Below are positions 9,001 through 14,651 of a DNA stretch of 20,000 nt, piece after piece. Below the pieces are notes generated by a model. The model searched no databases and was not told where the DNA came from. It saw only the letters and a list, made by a program, of their open reading frames with translations. The position numbers and the translations under genes are program-made. Origin of the DNA: an uncultured virus (IMG/VR IMGVR_UViG_3300028591_000172) (lineage: Duplodnaviria; Heunggongvirae; Uroviricota; Caudoviricetes); IMG/VR virus record IMGVR_UViG_3300028591_000172; one strand, 5' to 3'. Positions within the stretch are counted from its first letter, which is position 1. Every line of letters starts with the position of its first letter.

Positions 9001-9811
9001 AGGCAATGGTTTGAACAATGCCTTAAGAGAAGAACTTGGTAATTCTAAATCTTATAAATCAAGTTGGAAGAATTATAATAATGCTATCAGTATCATCTAT
9101 GATTACAAGAAAGCATCTGATTCTTCTTCATATGATGTTACATCGGCTAACTTTGATAAGAACTTATATTCTGGTTTAAAAGCAAAACTTAAAAATGCGA
9201 TGAAAATAAAATCATCACCTGTTGTTATTTATAATATAATTAAAGAAGCGTTAGATCAGAATGTTAGTAAGAACGAAATCAAATCAGCCATTGCTGCTGT
9301 ATCTGTAAGAATTCAAATTCAAAGATTAGCTAATAAGCAAGACTTCTTCAATTCACTTTCACAAAAAGATTATAATTCTGTGAAGTCTGCTCTAGCTTAT
9401 GAAGATAGTATATTCCCTAACTTAGATGATCTTTATGTCGAGACAGTTGAACAAGAACAACAACATAAGATAAATACTTCTACTCCATCATTCTCATATA
9501 CAAGTTCATTAAAAACTTATGGTTATAACTATCCAACATATCAAACTTATTCAAGTAATAATTACAGACGCTCATACAAAAATAATTACTATAATAATTT
9601 GAGCAACTGGAATACAAATACTTATAAGAAAAAATATCAATACAATCAACAATGTTCAAATCCAATAAATACTTATAATCAAGCTATGAACAATATTAAT
9701 TATGGTGTTTCAACTGACATCTGGGGTAATCAAACAAGACATTACACTGATGGAACTGAGTATACCGTAAGACAACAAGGTATGCCTTTCCCAGGAGGAA
9801 ATAAAAAGTAA
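2..9811 (+). CDS. Giant multidomain virion protein (5'-truncated, >3,267 aa): DEDDh exonuclease + two-barrel (DPBB) RNA polymerase + helical ejection-protein-like C-terminus; putative virion RNA polymerase
   Basis: The frame is open from the window edge (GAA GAA TTG at 2-10) to TAA 9809-9811, so the true start is probably upstream. Motifs seen: DLE / GHN..D / HSAVDD (DEDDh); LYRVP...AAYHSGDFDGDKV (beta'-like catalytic loop); GNKLG..MKG (beta-like). It sits directly upstream of the terminase-portal-capsid genes. Confidence 0.85.
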   Translation, partial: EELFAKNIERYLNDITDPQEKVKAVAAILRYHALSGERGKNLQFALLGSDEYLSGLRDSYLKDPIKPGQFSVDGRQYDAIKEVGKGKKIVSLDLENFYKDVKGDEKIYEIGFAMFDGNDELDFDASKPTQYRILIKYDDEEYLEDTIKGYRTLASDSTDSRKKASFKNYVDNTNLTRDRLVKNSDGQYIYVIHISSGVNANEVFTKAINKILSMAGNDYVVLGHNTKGQDSDFDKIRNQFGVDMYKLLNGKLNIDTLIDVAKNGYATDAKINESSLSLENLAKQMGIEYDAHSAVDDAIFTYQYFLWKMKNQIDVDKMKSGLYEEFEHILEKIGAQDIDRDQLNRELSKIKVDGQEVSFADFWQGDEFKDTYEKYGTKLTSDIIQNLINYRNAVFNSDEASYIRKRATNVEHDLIYEAQSAHITWLSHHDQNGNSNLDNFRERISLFIKPNENGQVTRTEYTNGMKLLNSVFLDYRTRKMDGDRNFRIEDFLRMDTDEIIDAARNKLPELHITKEELTNYVNAYTSSQEFEDSKLTSEKTFASNAIYNIYDEIGKTIGLDGFDDGTKILLFDIMSGLKTGNFAEAFRTNANGQKEFIVKYNGPAYEKSYYVKSLEDAINDFAASVDVQREWTMPSGVIPGQTVKLENGDDYSFKSTDVGMTRQKFQELFGGATIEDYRESLGLSDGDDLFIQLYRVPGVGQNVIHTYRVRILDSNKYDNVLLAHDIFAAYHSGDFDGDKVIILKPTKYLQKVGNQLMNSTDKIWEVSDKIISKLYSDSAYDSARDDQVVNNFADYCEQEFGLQTTLQKVFDYARDSSSVNPTERDAYEKALAYALDQELINKVNAKEYPTLSTDETSKQLYYSDFLTDKYSDEVVRRLSLDTKFLIDQIISVKDSATGFASKKYKPLLEGFRKTVENAADLFTYNQVALSKTTKLRLAQAIENDADNVFKFIKQSIGETYSAKIFTSIDEYLDDVFNDSTLSSKQKAQGVINALKMAELLYRGTDEFNDMFNKLTDDMINNADLSDERTKVKKLIEYASYNQVDTNGRTIEDVDRLSLNDLTNLKYNIVNNLDPMMSSRRFMATSGDTHLSSNIVTNIRSQISKLTDASKIKYIDADNSTNWFAPEILLATGMVRKLTPDTFAEISGRFTLASSRTVNVNIGDLSEDQLPKLSAAFSKRLHGSIKIGDQVIVRPGEKVLSADDKYGNHYTNIFDEDGELLVDLKDIVSLNVQKEISLFGNKLGILGSGDMKGTQELSVAHSRNNYGIGLDIESLNQYRELLGSYYSIINSFIETIEQSKGKIPGEKLTQLKDLNTRLHQASQEQAQLTADYKKARDEFDADQIAHGEPTWDQLAAMFRSASEEERDEIRLLHKSVSMFYQPDIQKSINLQNSIQDQIDNLLSELGFKNKEALYKQLNESKEKIQELRRAMRQQIGERQIAQREKNLLKDSVDLKERTMLYDLISDIGIDPAMYDIDNMDIKDVRNLYKEFKKIDYVASENLLSYAKQSANMPGYEIIYLDEHMNPIDDPNKAVFTKIKCRMFCPEAFKFWDTSADTSKIDTISYVNDRTNPDSLVQLHGKWYSKAKDGNGNWVYVYDSTKENEINNVISKANTPWASSTNGTRVYRTLLAKVLYENCSAAQAELKDINVLMKQMLDGNSTSGSLGAGIINKIFTMMTDDEVRKLYTSDDPYIKFILNKMRSFMPKLTATDAKEWAGSQKLLSKNKAKELAKNKTLLYYYTKAIGNILNDQAFLSDQEAMKNGYPLLDNSDTYYPLEKLIAELATVSGVKDSYVKSFSHNVNDYTLMGLLNFVNGRSGNQSNEFNPQSNWDSIVYPRKEAAIAGPAGGKLGDTAEGQKGITPDQQIMSQYYGANRTLSELLGMNKGNNISQSRDSFLHGDFATRFTDENRSRELSKEYYPQKMGDDLAAYASDTPNRLAKARMLTTKEDRMIADIAPRFLGVDSNLGISYTSKPQMFDGTYGDYANEATSEIYGWARHDMIQPIVDSIKQSIGDTETLGKNFLSSGEEMDMDDVSELAKGINKPSLNDIDNLSKEDLEDLRYIQGYNVSDQATSLYNTEGDQYDKAIESLMKSKAIADFDIDRLASSNIKQPGMDRAIVSYNINVKTYRNQLLGKEFIEVYNYLDSNTSLKNGYNEYTRIKNLLSSLQYCDEKLEKLNSFTDKRADSSIKYYTNTRAEILKALNVTDEAQIETVKQNVERYHKLYANVDTMISTVCERLYAAQKAYCNATGQVCPSRERFFLPTGVNGNSNQERKENASILFAGTAKYNTNPFAIRKETTGLNPANAYTEFDALKNIASVATEVGKLQAILTYREEAKSNGAMNNALSFDETCKVVNKLITVDSMNNSGATEIDSVEYKGYSFFTTSVLDQLGMNHFSENPNAKTSCAKYAHLYNSIYNQLIAPLKETYGDITFGNLMSMYLANPQDKILDRALKGYAAMMDIVGKITTIQIERGEKTTVTDEIYQAITKYANEHDLAIVDQFGRKYDKDLSQFKALTPFATDDYIFRATHGGLATEGTYEQNVALDALRGDLYFMNRTVADATQKMFYTREPSQISKFANTVKSYATRLIMANPAKFVSRIINFSMFDLNSSLLTGNWSMVKELPKITKELSGYLQSNGEYCPDSLREFMNVTGIDPLKDQQVFYGETIGGAKTAYGKWIGKQFTAQHLANRYALWLSIKNTIDNEGIDSVYSKLGNSYYLKDQIKEMYENMKTTESEDSLSSSASARIAAMVVANQYGTYNDMPGLAGSMSQHGFMFTTFPMALLRFAKNEIRSGAFAIKEIFTGAADTATLKYLGRQLGSLISVVAIQAALQILPALLIANGDKDEEKELVEEVIKNDTSLDLFQSILLNDAVYNTSTLWNPIYGVKSMVANPIIDAVEKNKDNTSDGKALQIFGDALATYFNQNIWNRINPLVTTIPNIVIPKNDWINPYGNQGTDFFDNLARKTLSYALGTNGANAFMNTVDSAKYDDDANFINTLGNGLNNALREELGNSKSYKSSWKNYNNAISIIYDYKKASDSSSYDVTSANFDKNLYSGLKAKLKNAMKIKSSPVVIYNIIKEALDQNVSKNEIKSAIAAVSVRIQIQRLANKQDFFNSLSQKDYNSVKSALAYEDSIFPNLDDLYVETVEQEQQHKINTSTPSFSYTSSLKTYGYNYPTYQTYSSNNYRRSYKNNYYNNLSNWNTNTYKKKYQYNQQCSNPINTYNQAMNNINYGVSTDIWGNQTRHYTDGTEYTVRQQGMPFPGGNKK
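263..925 (+). other. DEDDh (DnaQ/RNase T-like) 3'-5' exonuclease domain within the giant ORF
   Basis: ExoI IVSLDLE (D91 at 278, E93 at 284) is followed by IYEIG. ExoII is VVLGHN...DSDF (H222, D230), then IDTL and SLENLA. ExoIII is AHSAVDDA (H290, D295). Numbering follows the track translation. All catalytic residues are present in canonical order. Confidence 0.9.
1870..2240 (+). other. beta'-like double-psi beta-barrel of a two-barrel RNA polymerase, with catalytic DFDGD
   Basis: DVGMTRQKFQELF ... FIQLYRVPGVGQNVIHTYRVRIL ... VLLAHDIFAAYHSGDFDGDKVIILKP parallels bacterial RpoC CGLPKKMALELF ... [22 protein letters not shown] ... [25 protein letters not shown] (recalled sequence). DFDGD is encoded at 2201-2215 and the conserved Arg (R693) at 2084. 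Confidence 0.88.
3370..4520 (+). other. Candidate beta-like double-psi beta-barrel of RNA polymerase, split by a coiled-coil insertion
   Basis: EILLA...PDTFAEISGRFT resembles RpoB VAF...EDSILVSER. IKIGDQVIVRPGEKVL resembles the flap segment IGAEV.GGDILV. VQKEISLFGNKLGILGSGDMKGT resembles KRRIQPGDKMAGRHGNKGV (K1239 at 3722, K1249 at 3752). IDYVASEN at 4478 may match VDIVLNP. Confidence 0.62.
9793..9798 (+). promoter_or_regulatory. Shine-Dalgarno AGGAGG for terminase, inside the last codons of the giant ORF; TAATG stop/start overlap
   Basis: ccAGGAGGaaataaaaagTAATG; TAA 9809-9811 overlaps ATG 9811-9813. Confidence 0.75.
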
Positions 9812-11391
9812 TGGCTCAAACTCTTGAAGTAATCCCTAATTATAGACCTAATCCAAAACAAGTGCTCCTTCACAATGCTCCTGTATCTTATGATGATATC
9901 TGGATCATTCTCTACGGAGGAGCACGTGGTGCTGGTAAGTCTGCTGGTATCTTAGCAGATGCCGTTCAATTCTGTATGACTTATCCAGGAGCAAAGTGTT
10001 GTATTATCCGTGAAACATTAGATGCTGTTAAGCAATCATTCTTAGATAAGCTTCCTACACTTTTCCCTCAATATGTAAATGGTGTGAAGATATATGACTA
10101 TCGTGAAAAGTCCACGTCTTTCTATCCATCACGATGTATCATATTTCCTAATGGAAGTTACATAACCTTACAACGTGTTGCTGATTACAAAGAAGCAATC
10201 GCCAAGCAAGGTTGGGAATTCCATTACCTCGCAGTTGATGAAGTTACCAAGCATGAAGAACGCACTATCAACTATCTATTGACCTGCGTTCGTTCTGCTG
10301 TTATCACAAATAAATACACAGGAAAACCTCTTCGTATTCCTACGAAAGTTGTTTTCGGTTGTAACCCTGGTGGCATCGGTCACAAATGGGTAAAAGAAAG
10401 ATTCATCGACACAACAGTCGTAAAATATAATGAGCACAAAACTCCTATTCAAACTAAAGACCACATAGAAGTTATTGAAGATCCACATAAGAAAGGTGTC
10501 TTCGTTAAACGATTCATCAGATTCATTCCTGCTACATACTTAGACAATCCATTCTTAAACCAATCTTATGTTGCTAACTTAGATTCTCTTCCAGAGCATC
10601 AAAAGCAATTAGATATGTATGGCAACTGGGATGTTGTCGCTGGAAAATACTTCGACTTACATCCTGAACAGATTGTTGAGCCTGGTATGGTCGCACAAGA
10701 TTTACGTAAGTTCTCAGGTCACGTTGAAATCTTCTGTTCCATCGACTGGGGTTATCAACCATCAGCCGCTTGTTGTTTGTGGCACGCTGTCTTTCCAGAC
10801 CATAGAGTAATAACATTCAAAGAGTTGTATACTCGCGATATGGTATTCGAAGATTTCGTTAAACAAATTGCTGAAGATTCTAGAGATATGGAAATCTCTG
10901 CCATCTGTTTACCACACGATATGTTCAGACACGGTGATAGATACCGTGATGATTCAGGAAAGATTATCGGTGAAATGAAATCCGACGTCTTTGAATATTA
11001 TGGTTTACCTCCTGTTGGAGTTGAATCTGGTAAAGGTAAAGTCAGTCTTCGTTACGACAAGATACATTCAGCTTGCTCCCTAAGACACGAAGATGGTGTT
11101 TACAAATTTAGAATTTCTAAAGCATGTGTAAACTTATTAGATGAAATGGATCATGCGGTTCATGATGATGTTGATCCAGTCGTTCTTAAAGGTAGCGACC
11201 ACGCAATTGATGCTTACGGTCACTTCTTAGTTTATTATTCTGATGATATTGAACCATTAGGATTTGAATCTCTAGTAAAGGATAACCGTTCTTATCTACA
11301 AAGATTAATGGATGAAGATGAAGAACGTTTAGAACAAGAAGAGGAAGATGAACTTTCGGTTGCGATTGATAGTATTTATGACGTGTGGTAG
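9811..11391 (+). CDS. terL: Phage terminase large subunit
   Basis: Adenine-binding PNPKQ, Walker A LYGGARGAGKS, Walker B YLAVDE, coupling motif GCNPGG, FIPATYLDNPFL, RNase H-like nuclease IDWG and C-terminal DHAIDA. Confidence 0.96.
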   Translation: MAQTLEVIPNYRPNPKQVLLHNAPVSYDDIWIILYGGARGAGKSAGILADAVQFCMTYPGAKCCIIRETLDAVKQSFLDKLPTLFPQYVNGVKIYDYREKSTSFYPSRCIIFPNGSYITLQRVADYKEAIAKQGWEFHYLAVDEVTKHEERTINYLLTCVRSAVITNKYTGKPLRIPTKVVFGCNPGGIGHKWVKERFIDTTVVKYNEHKTPIQTKDHIEVIEDPHKKGVFVKRFIRFIPATYLDNPFLNQSYVANLDSLPEHQKQLDMYGNWDVVAGKYFDLHPEQIVEPGMVAQDLRKFSGHVEIFCSIDWGYQPSAACCLWHAVFPDHRVITFKELYTRDMVFEDFVKQIAEDSRDMEISAICLPHDMFRHGDRYRDDSGKIIGEMKSDVFEYYGLPPVGVESGKGKVSLRYDKIHSACSLRHEDGVYKFRISKACVNLLDEMDHAVHDDVDPVVLKGSDHAIDAYGHFLVYYSDDIEPLGFESLVKDNRSYLQRLMDEDEERLEQEEEDELSVAIDSIYDVW

Positions 11392-11417
11392 AATCAAAAT
11401 TAGAAAGGACTTTTAAT

Positions 11418-11699
11418 ATGGGTAGATATTTATTAAAATTAAGTCAGGATGTGCCTAATGCTGGCGGTTTTAGAAACATGATTCGAGTTGGTCTTCCTGT
11501 CCAAGAAGATATGGAGAACAATATTTGTATCGTAGCAATAGGTTCTTACGAATTTGTTCCACTTAACAGAAACGTTTTACGTGACGCACTTCTTTCTTCT
11601 CCTGAATTTTGTAAACAAATCTTAGGTTTAGAAATTAAAGATGCTACAATTAAAGAAGAAAAGAAACCAATCAAAAAAGAAGGAGTTAAAAAGAAGTAA
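11418..11699 (+). CDS. Hypothetical phage protein, about 93 aa, lysine-rich C-terminus
   Basis: ORF between terL and portal. ATG 11418 preceded by AAAGGA (11404-11409) is preferred to the track's GTG at 11385. Its stop overlaps the next start (TAATG). Confidence 0.75.
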   Translation: MGRYLLKLSQDVPNAGGFRNMIRVGLPVQEDMENNICIVAIGSYEFVPLNRNVLRDALLSSPEFCKQILGLEIKDATIKEEKKPIKKEGVKKK

Positions 11700-12007
11700 T
11701 GGAAACAGTTATTATTGTTGTTGTTATTACATTGGCTGTCGTTATTGCTTTCATTCTTGGTTTATTAGGAATTCTATTCTACAATAAAATGCTAGCCGAC
11801 AATGAATTAAACAAAAGATTAATATTGATAGCTAAAGAATCAATAGATAAAGAACGTTCCACACAAGAGGAACTTCAACAAGCTTTACTAGATTTAGATA
11901 GAGCTACAAATGAAAATCAATCTGGAACTCCAGCAAATATACAAGAGGACGTAACACCTGATGAACCGTTTAATCCTCATACATATTCTGAAGATTTCGA
12001 GGGTTGA
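11699..12007 (+). CDS. Small membrane-anchored protein (N-terminal TM helix, coiled coil, acidic tail)
   Basis: AGGAG at 11681-11685. Hydrophobic run VIIVVVITLAVVIAFILGLLGILFY, followed by a heptad-like helix. Confidence 0.8.
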   Translation: METVIIVVVITLAVVIAFILGLLGILFYNKMLADNELNKRLILIAKESIDKERSTQEELQQALLDLDRATNENQSGTPANIQEDVTPDEPFNPHTYSEDFEG

Positions 12008-12032
12008 TATTAAAACATAAAGGAGTGGCTGT

Positions 12033-13964
12033 ATGAGAGGTAATGCTAAAGATATAGCCACTTATATCGAAATGTTTGTTGATGATTCAATGTCCCAATT
12101 AAATCCATACATTTTACAGGGCAAGCTCAACAACGAATATATAAGTGGGAACCAAAATAAAAAGATTAACGTAAGGCATTTAAAGATTGAAGAAAAGAAA
12201 CCTGATCCACAGGTCTATACAGAAAAGAAAATCTTCAATCGTATTTTGCCTATTTATTTAACTCGTTATGGTATCCTCACACAAAACATGCCAATCCCTG
12301 GAATTATTCCAACAGGTTACGCATCTAAAGATATAGAAGACGCAAACAATGTAAACATCTTTGTTCCTAAGTTTATGAATGACATTGGATACAAAGACAT
12401 ATATAAAAAAATTATTAAATGGACAGACATCTATGGCATCTCATGGATTAAAACCGGTATTGACTGGAGCTATGGTGATGAAATTTGTCGTATTGAAAAT
12501 ACTAAAATTGGTGACACCACTGGAACATTGGTCCTCAAAGAAGGCTCCACATTCCTAACTTTCTGTCCTATCCATGAAATTTTTGTTGATTCATATTATG
12601 TTGAAACAATGGAAGATGTTAATGAATTAGTTCATAGACGTGTCTTCCCTATCGAATACATTAAAAAACGTTGGGGATTTGAAGCAGAGAAAGAAAGCAT
12701 TAATGATGCTAAGCTCTCTACTTATCCTCGCTATTCAAACTTTGGTTTAGCGCAAGCTGGCACTATCGAATACGCATATGTATATGAATATTATAGGAAA
12801 CCAGATGCGTTATATCCTGAAGGTAGATACACAATCTGTTGTAATAAAAAAATAATTTATGACGGAAAACTTCCTTACATAAATGCTGAAAATGATAAGA
12901 GAGTTATACCATTTGACTTCGTAACAATGCAGTCTATTCCAAATAAACTAGTTGGTGTTACAGTATATTCTCAAATCATTCCTATCCAAGATACTTATAA
13001 TTCAATCAAGAACCGTTACCTTGAATACGTTAACCACATTGCTATTGGTCAACTCTATTATTGGGAAGGTTCGTTAGTAAACAAAAATAATTTCACAAAT
13101 AAGCCTGGTAAGCTCATTGGCTTAAAGCGTAATGCCAAAGCTCCACAACCAGTTCAAAAAGATAAACTTTCAAATGAATTCACTGCTTACTTAAAAGCAC
13201 TTGAAGATGACATGTTAGTTACAGCAGGTCTATCTCCATTAACAGCATTCGGCGAAAGCAAATCAAACGTCAGAACTGACGGTGTTGTCGATAAGATGAG
13301 TGAGTCTGATGACAACAAATTAGTTAACGCTATAGATAATTTATCCGAACTTACAGTGAGGGTATTTAAGAAGGTGTTATATCTTGAAAAACAAAGATAT
13401 GATACACTACATAAACAACTCGAACTTGCCAAGAAGGATACTTCTATCTTAAAATATAATCTGCAAGGAGTAGATCCCGAACAATTGTCCATTATTAATC
13501 GAGAATTTTTGATGACAAGTGACCAAGTGTTCGACAAGAAACTACAACAAGCAGGTCAATTCGGTTTATACAATCCTCAATCTGGTTTGTCCTACCGTGC
13601 TAAGAAACAAGTGCTCGACTCTATGAAAGCCTCGTATCTCATTGATACATTGGATCCACAGGAACGAGCTACTTACGACTTATGTATGGATGAGCAACGT
13701 CAGTGGATGGATGGTAAACTGCCTGAAGTGTTCGAATATCATGAACACGCTCGACATATTGCTGAACATAATATATTCAGAATTAGTCCTGAAGTTAGGT
13801 GCCTTAAAGACAAGGACGAGAAAAAGTGGAAACTTCTTCAGGAAGCTCTGGATGCTCATATTAAGGAACATCAGAAATATTTAGAGCAAAATCAACAAAG
13901 TGACGTAATTGCAAATGCCAAGGAAGCACTTAAAGGTACAACTAAAAGAAATAGTCAAGGCTAA
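12033..13964 (+). CDS. Portal protein (podovirus/P22-like size class)
   Basis: AGGAG at 12021-12025. The 643 aa ORF lies between terL and scaffold/capsid. Portal-like segments include IFNRILPI, YGISWIKTGID, CPIHEIFVD, VYEYYRKP..YPEGRY, IIPIQDTYNSIKN and TNKPGKLI. Confidence 0.87.
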   Translation: MRGNAKDIATYIEMFVDDSMSQLNPYILQGKLNNEYISGNQNKKINVRHLKIEEKKPDPQVYTEKKIFNRILPIYLTRYGILTQNMPIPGIIPTGYASKDIEDANNVNIFVPKFMNDIGYKDIYKKIIKWTDIYGISWIKTGIDWSYGDEICRIENTKIGDTTGTLVLKEGSTFLTFCPIHEIFVDSYYVETMEDVNELVHRRVFPIEYIKKRWGFEAEKESINDAKLSTYPRYSNFGLAQAGTIEYAYVYEYYRKPDALYPEGRYTICCNKKIIYDGKLPYINAENDKRVIPFDFVTMQSIPNKLVGVTVYSQIIPIQDTYNSIKNRYLEYVNHIAIGQLYYWEGSLVNKNNFTNKPGKLIGLKRNAKAPQPVQKDKLSNEFTAYLKALEDDMLVTAGLSPLTAFGESKSNVRTDGVVDKMSESDDNKLVNAIDNLSELTVRVFKKVLYLEKQRYDTLHKQLELAKKDTSILKYNLQGVDPEQLSIINREFLMTSDQVFDKKLQQAGQFGLYNPQSGLSYRAKKQVLDSMKASYLIDTLDPQERATYDLCMDEQRQWMDGKLPEVFEYHEHARHIAEHNIFRISPEVRCLKDKDEKKWKLLQEALDAHIKEHQKYLEQNQQSDVIANAKEALKGTTKRNSQG

Positions 13965-13991
13965 GCATTACAGCAAGAAAGGATTAATTAC

Positions 13992-14624
13992 ATGACTTTG
14001 GAAGAAGCATTAGGGAAGATAACTGATCCCGAAGTTAAGGCCTTCTTTAGTAAGATGGTCGCTAACCAAAACAGTTACATCACACAGTTGGAAACGCAAC
14101 TAAAAGAACTTAAAGCAACAGGTAATCCTGGTGCAGCATCAACTGGTGATAGCATTACTCAAGAATACATCCGTAAAAAGATGCGTGAAGAAGTTATTGC
14201 TAAAGCCACATTATTAATCATCGAAGCTGTCGGTCAAGAAATCTTCAATGCAGTAAAGCCTGACTTTGATGCCTTCCTTGAGAAAAATTTAAAACCTGAA
14301 AACACAAGAGAAGATTATGTCATCGATGCGTTCAATCTTGTGTATGGCAGATGCCTAACCAAAAAAGATCATCCAGTTCACCAAGTTGGCAAGGCCGCTA
14401 ATCCTGGCGGAACACCATCTCCTACAAGTGCTGGCACAAATGGTCAACAAGTTGCTGTGGTTCAAAACGTTATTTCGGGCCAACCTCCAGTTATGAGTGG
14501 CACTGATACTAGTGCTGGTCAAGGAGTTCCTGGAACTTCAGGTACTCCAGTCAAAAATACTAGAGATGCGTTCTCTAGATTAAAAGACAGATTCGCAAAT
14601 AGTGGAGGTAATAGGTTCCAATAA
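13992..14624 (+). CDS. Capsid scaffolding protein (putative)
   Basis: Lies between portal and capsid, with AAAGGA upstream. It has an N-terminal coiled coil, a G/P/S/T-rich linker and a short C-terminal amphipathic helix (TRDAFSRLKDRF), as is typical of scaffolds. Confidence 0.7.
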   Translation: MTLEEALGKITDPEVKAFFSKMVANQNSYITQLETQLKELKATGNPGAASTGDSITQEYIRKKMREEVIAKATLLIIEAVGQEIFNAVKPDFDAFLEKNLKPENTREDYVIDAFNLVYGRCLTKKDHPVHQVGKAANPGGTPSPTSAGTNGQQVAVVQNVISGQPPVMSGTDTSAGQGVPGTSGTPVKNTRDAFSRLKDRFANSGGNRFQ

Positions 14625-14651
14625 ATTAAATCGTAGGAGGATTTAATTATT

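Noticed and set aside
2..9811. Giant ORF as a tape measure protein, an N4/T7-type RNAP or a cellular rpoC
   Set aside because: I see no tape-measure periodicity and the neighbouring tail genes look podoviral. No T7-family motifs were recognised. It is far too divergent for RpoC (HSGDFDGD rather than NADFDGD) and lies in a virion module.
9811..11391. Intein or intron in terL
   Set aside because: The length is normal (526 aa), the motifs are contiguous, and no splicing or homing-endonuclease motifs were seen.
11385..11417. GTG start at 11385
   Set aside because: In-frame ATG 11418 has a well-spaced AAAGGA and avoids the overlap with terL.
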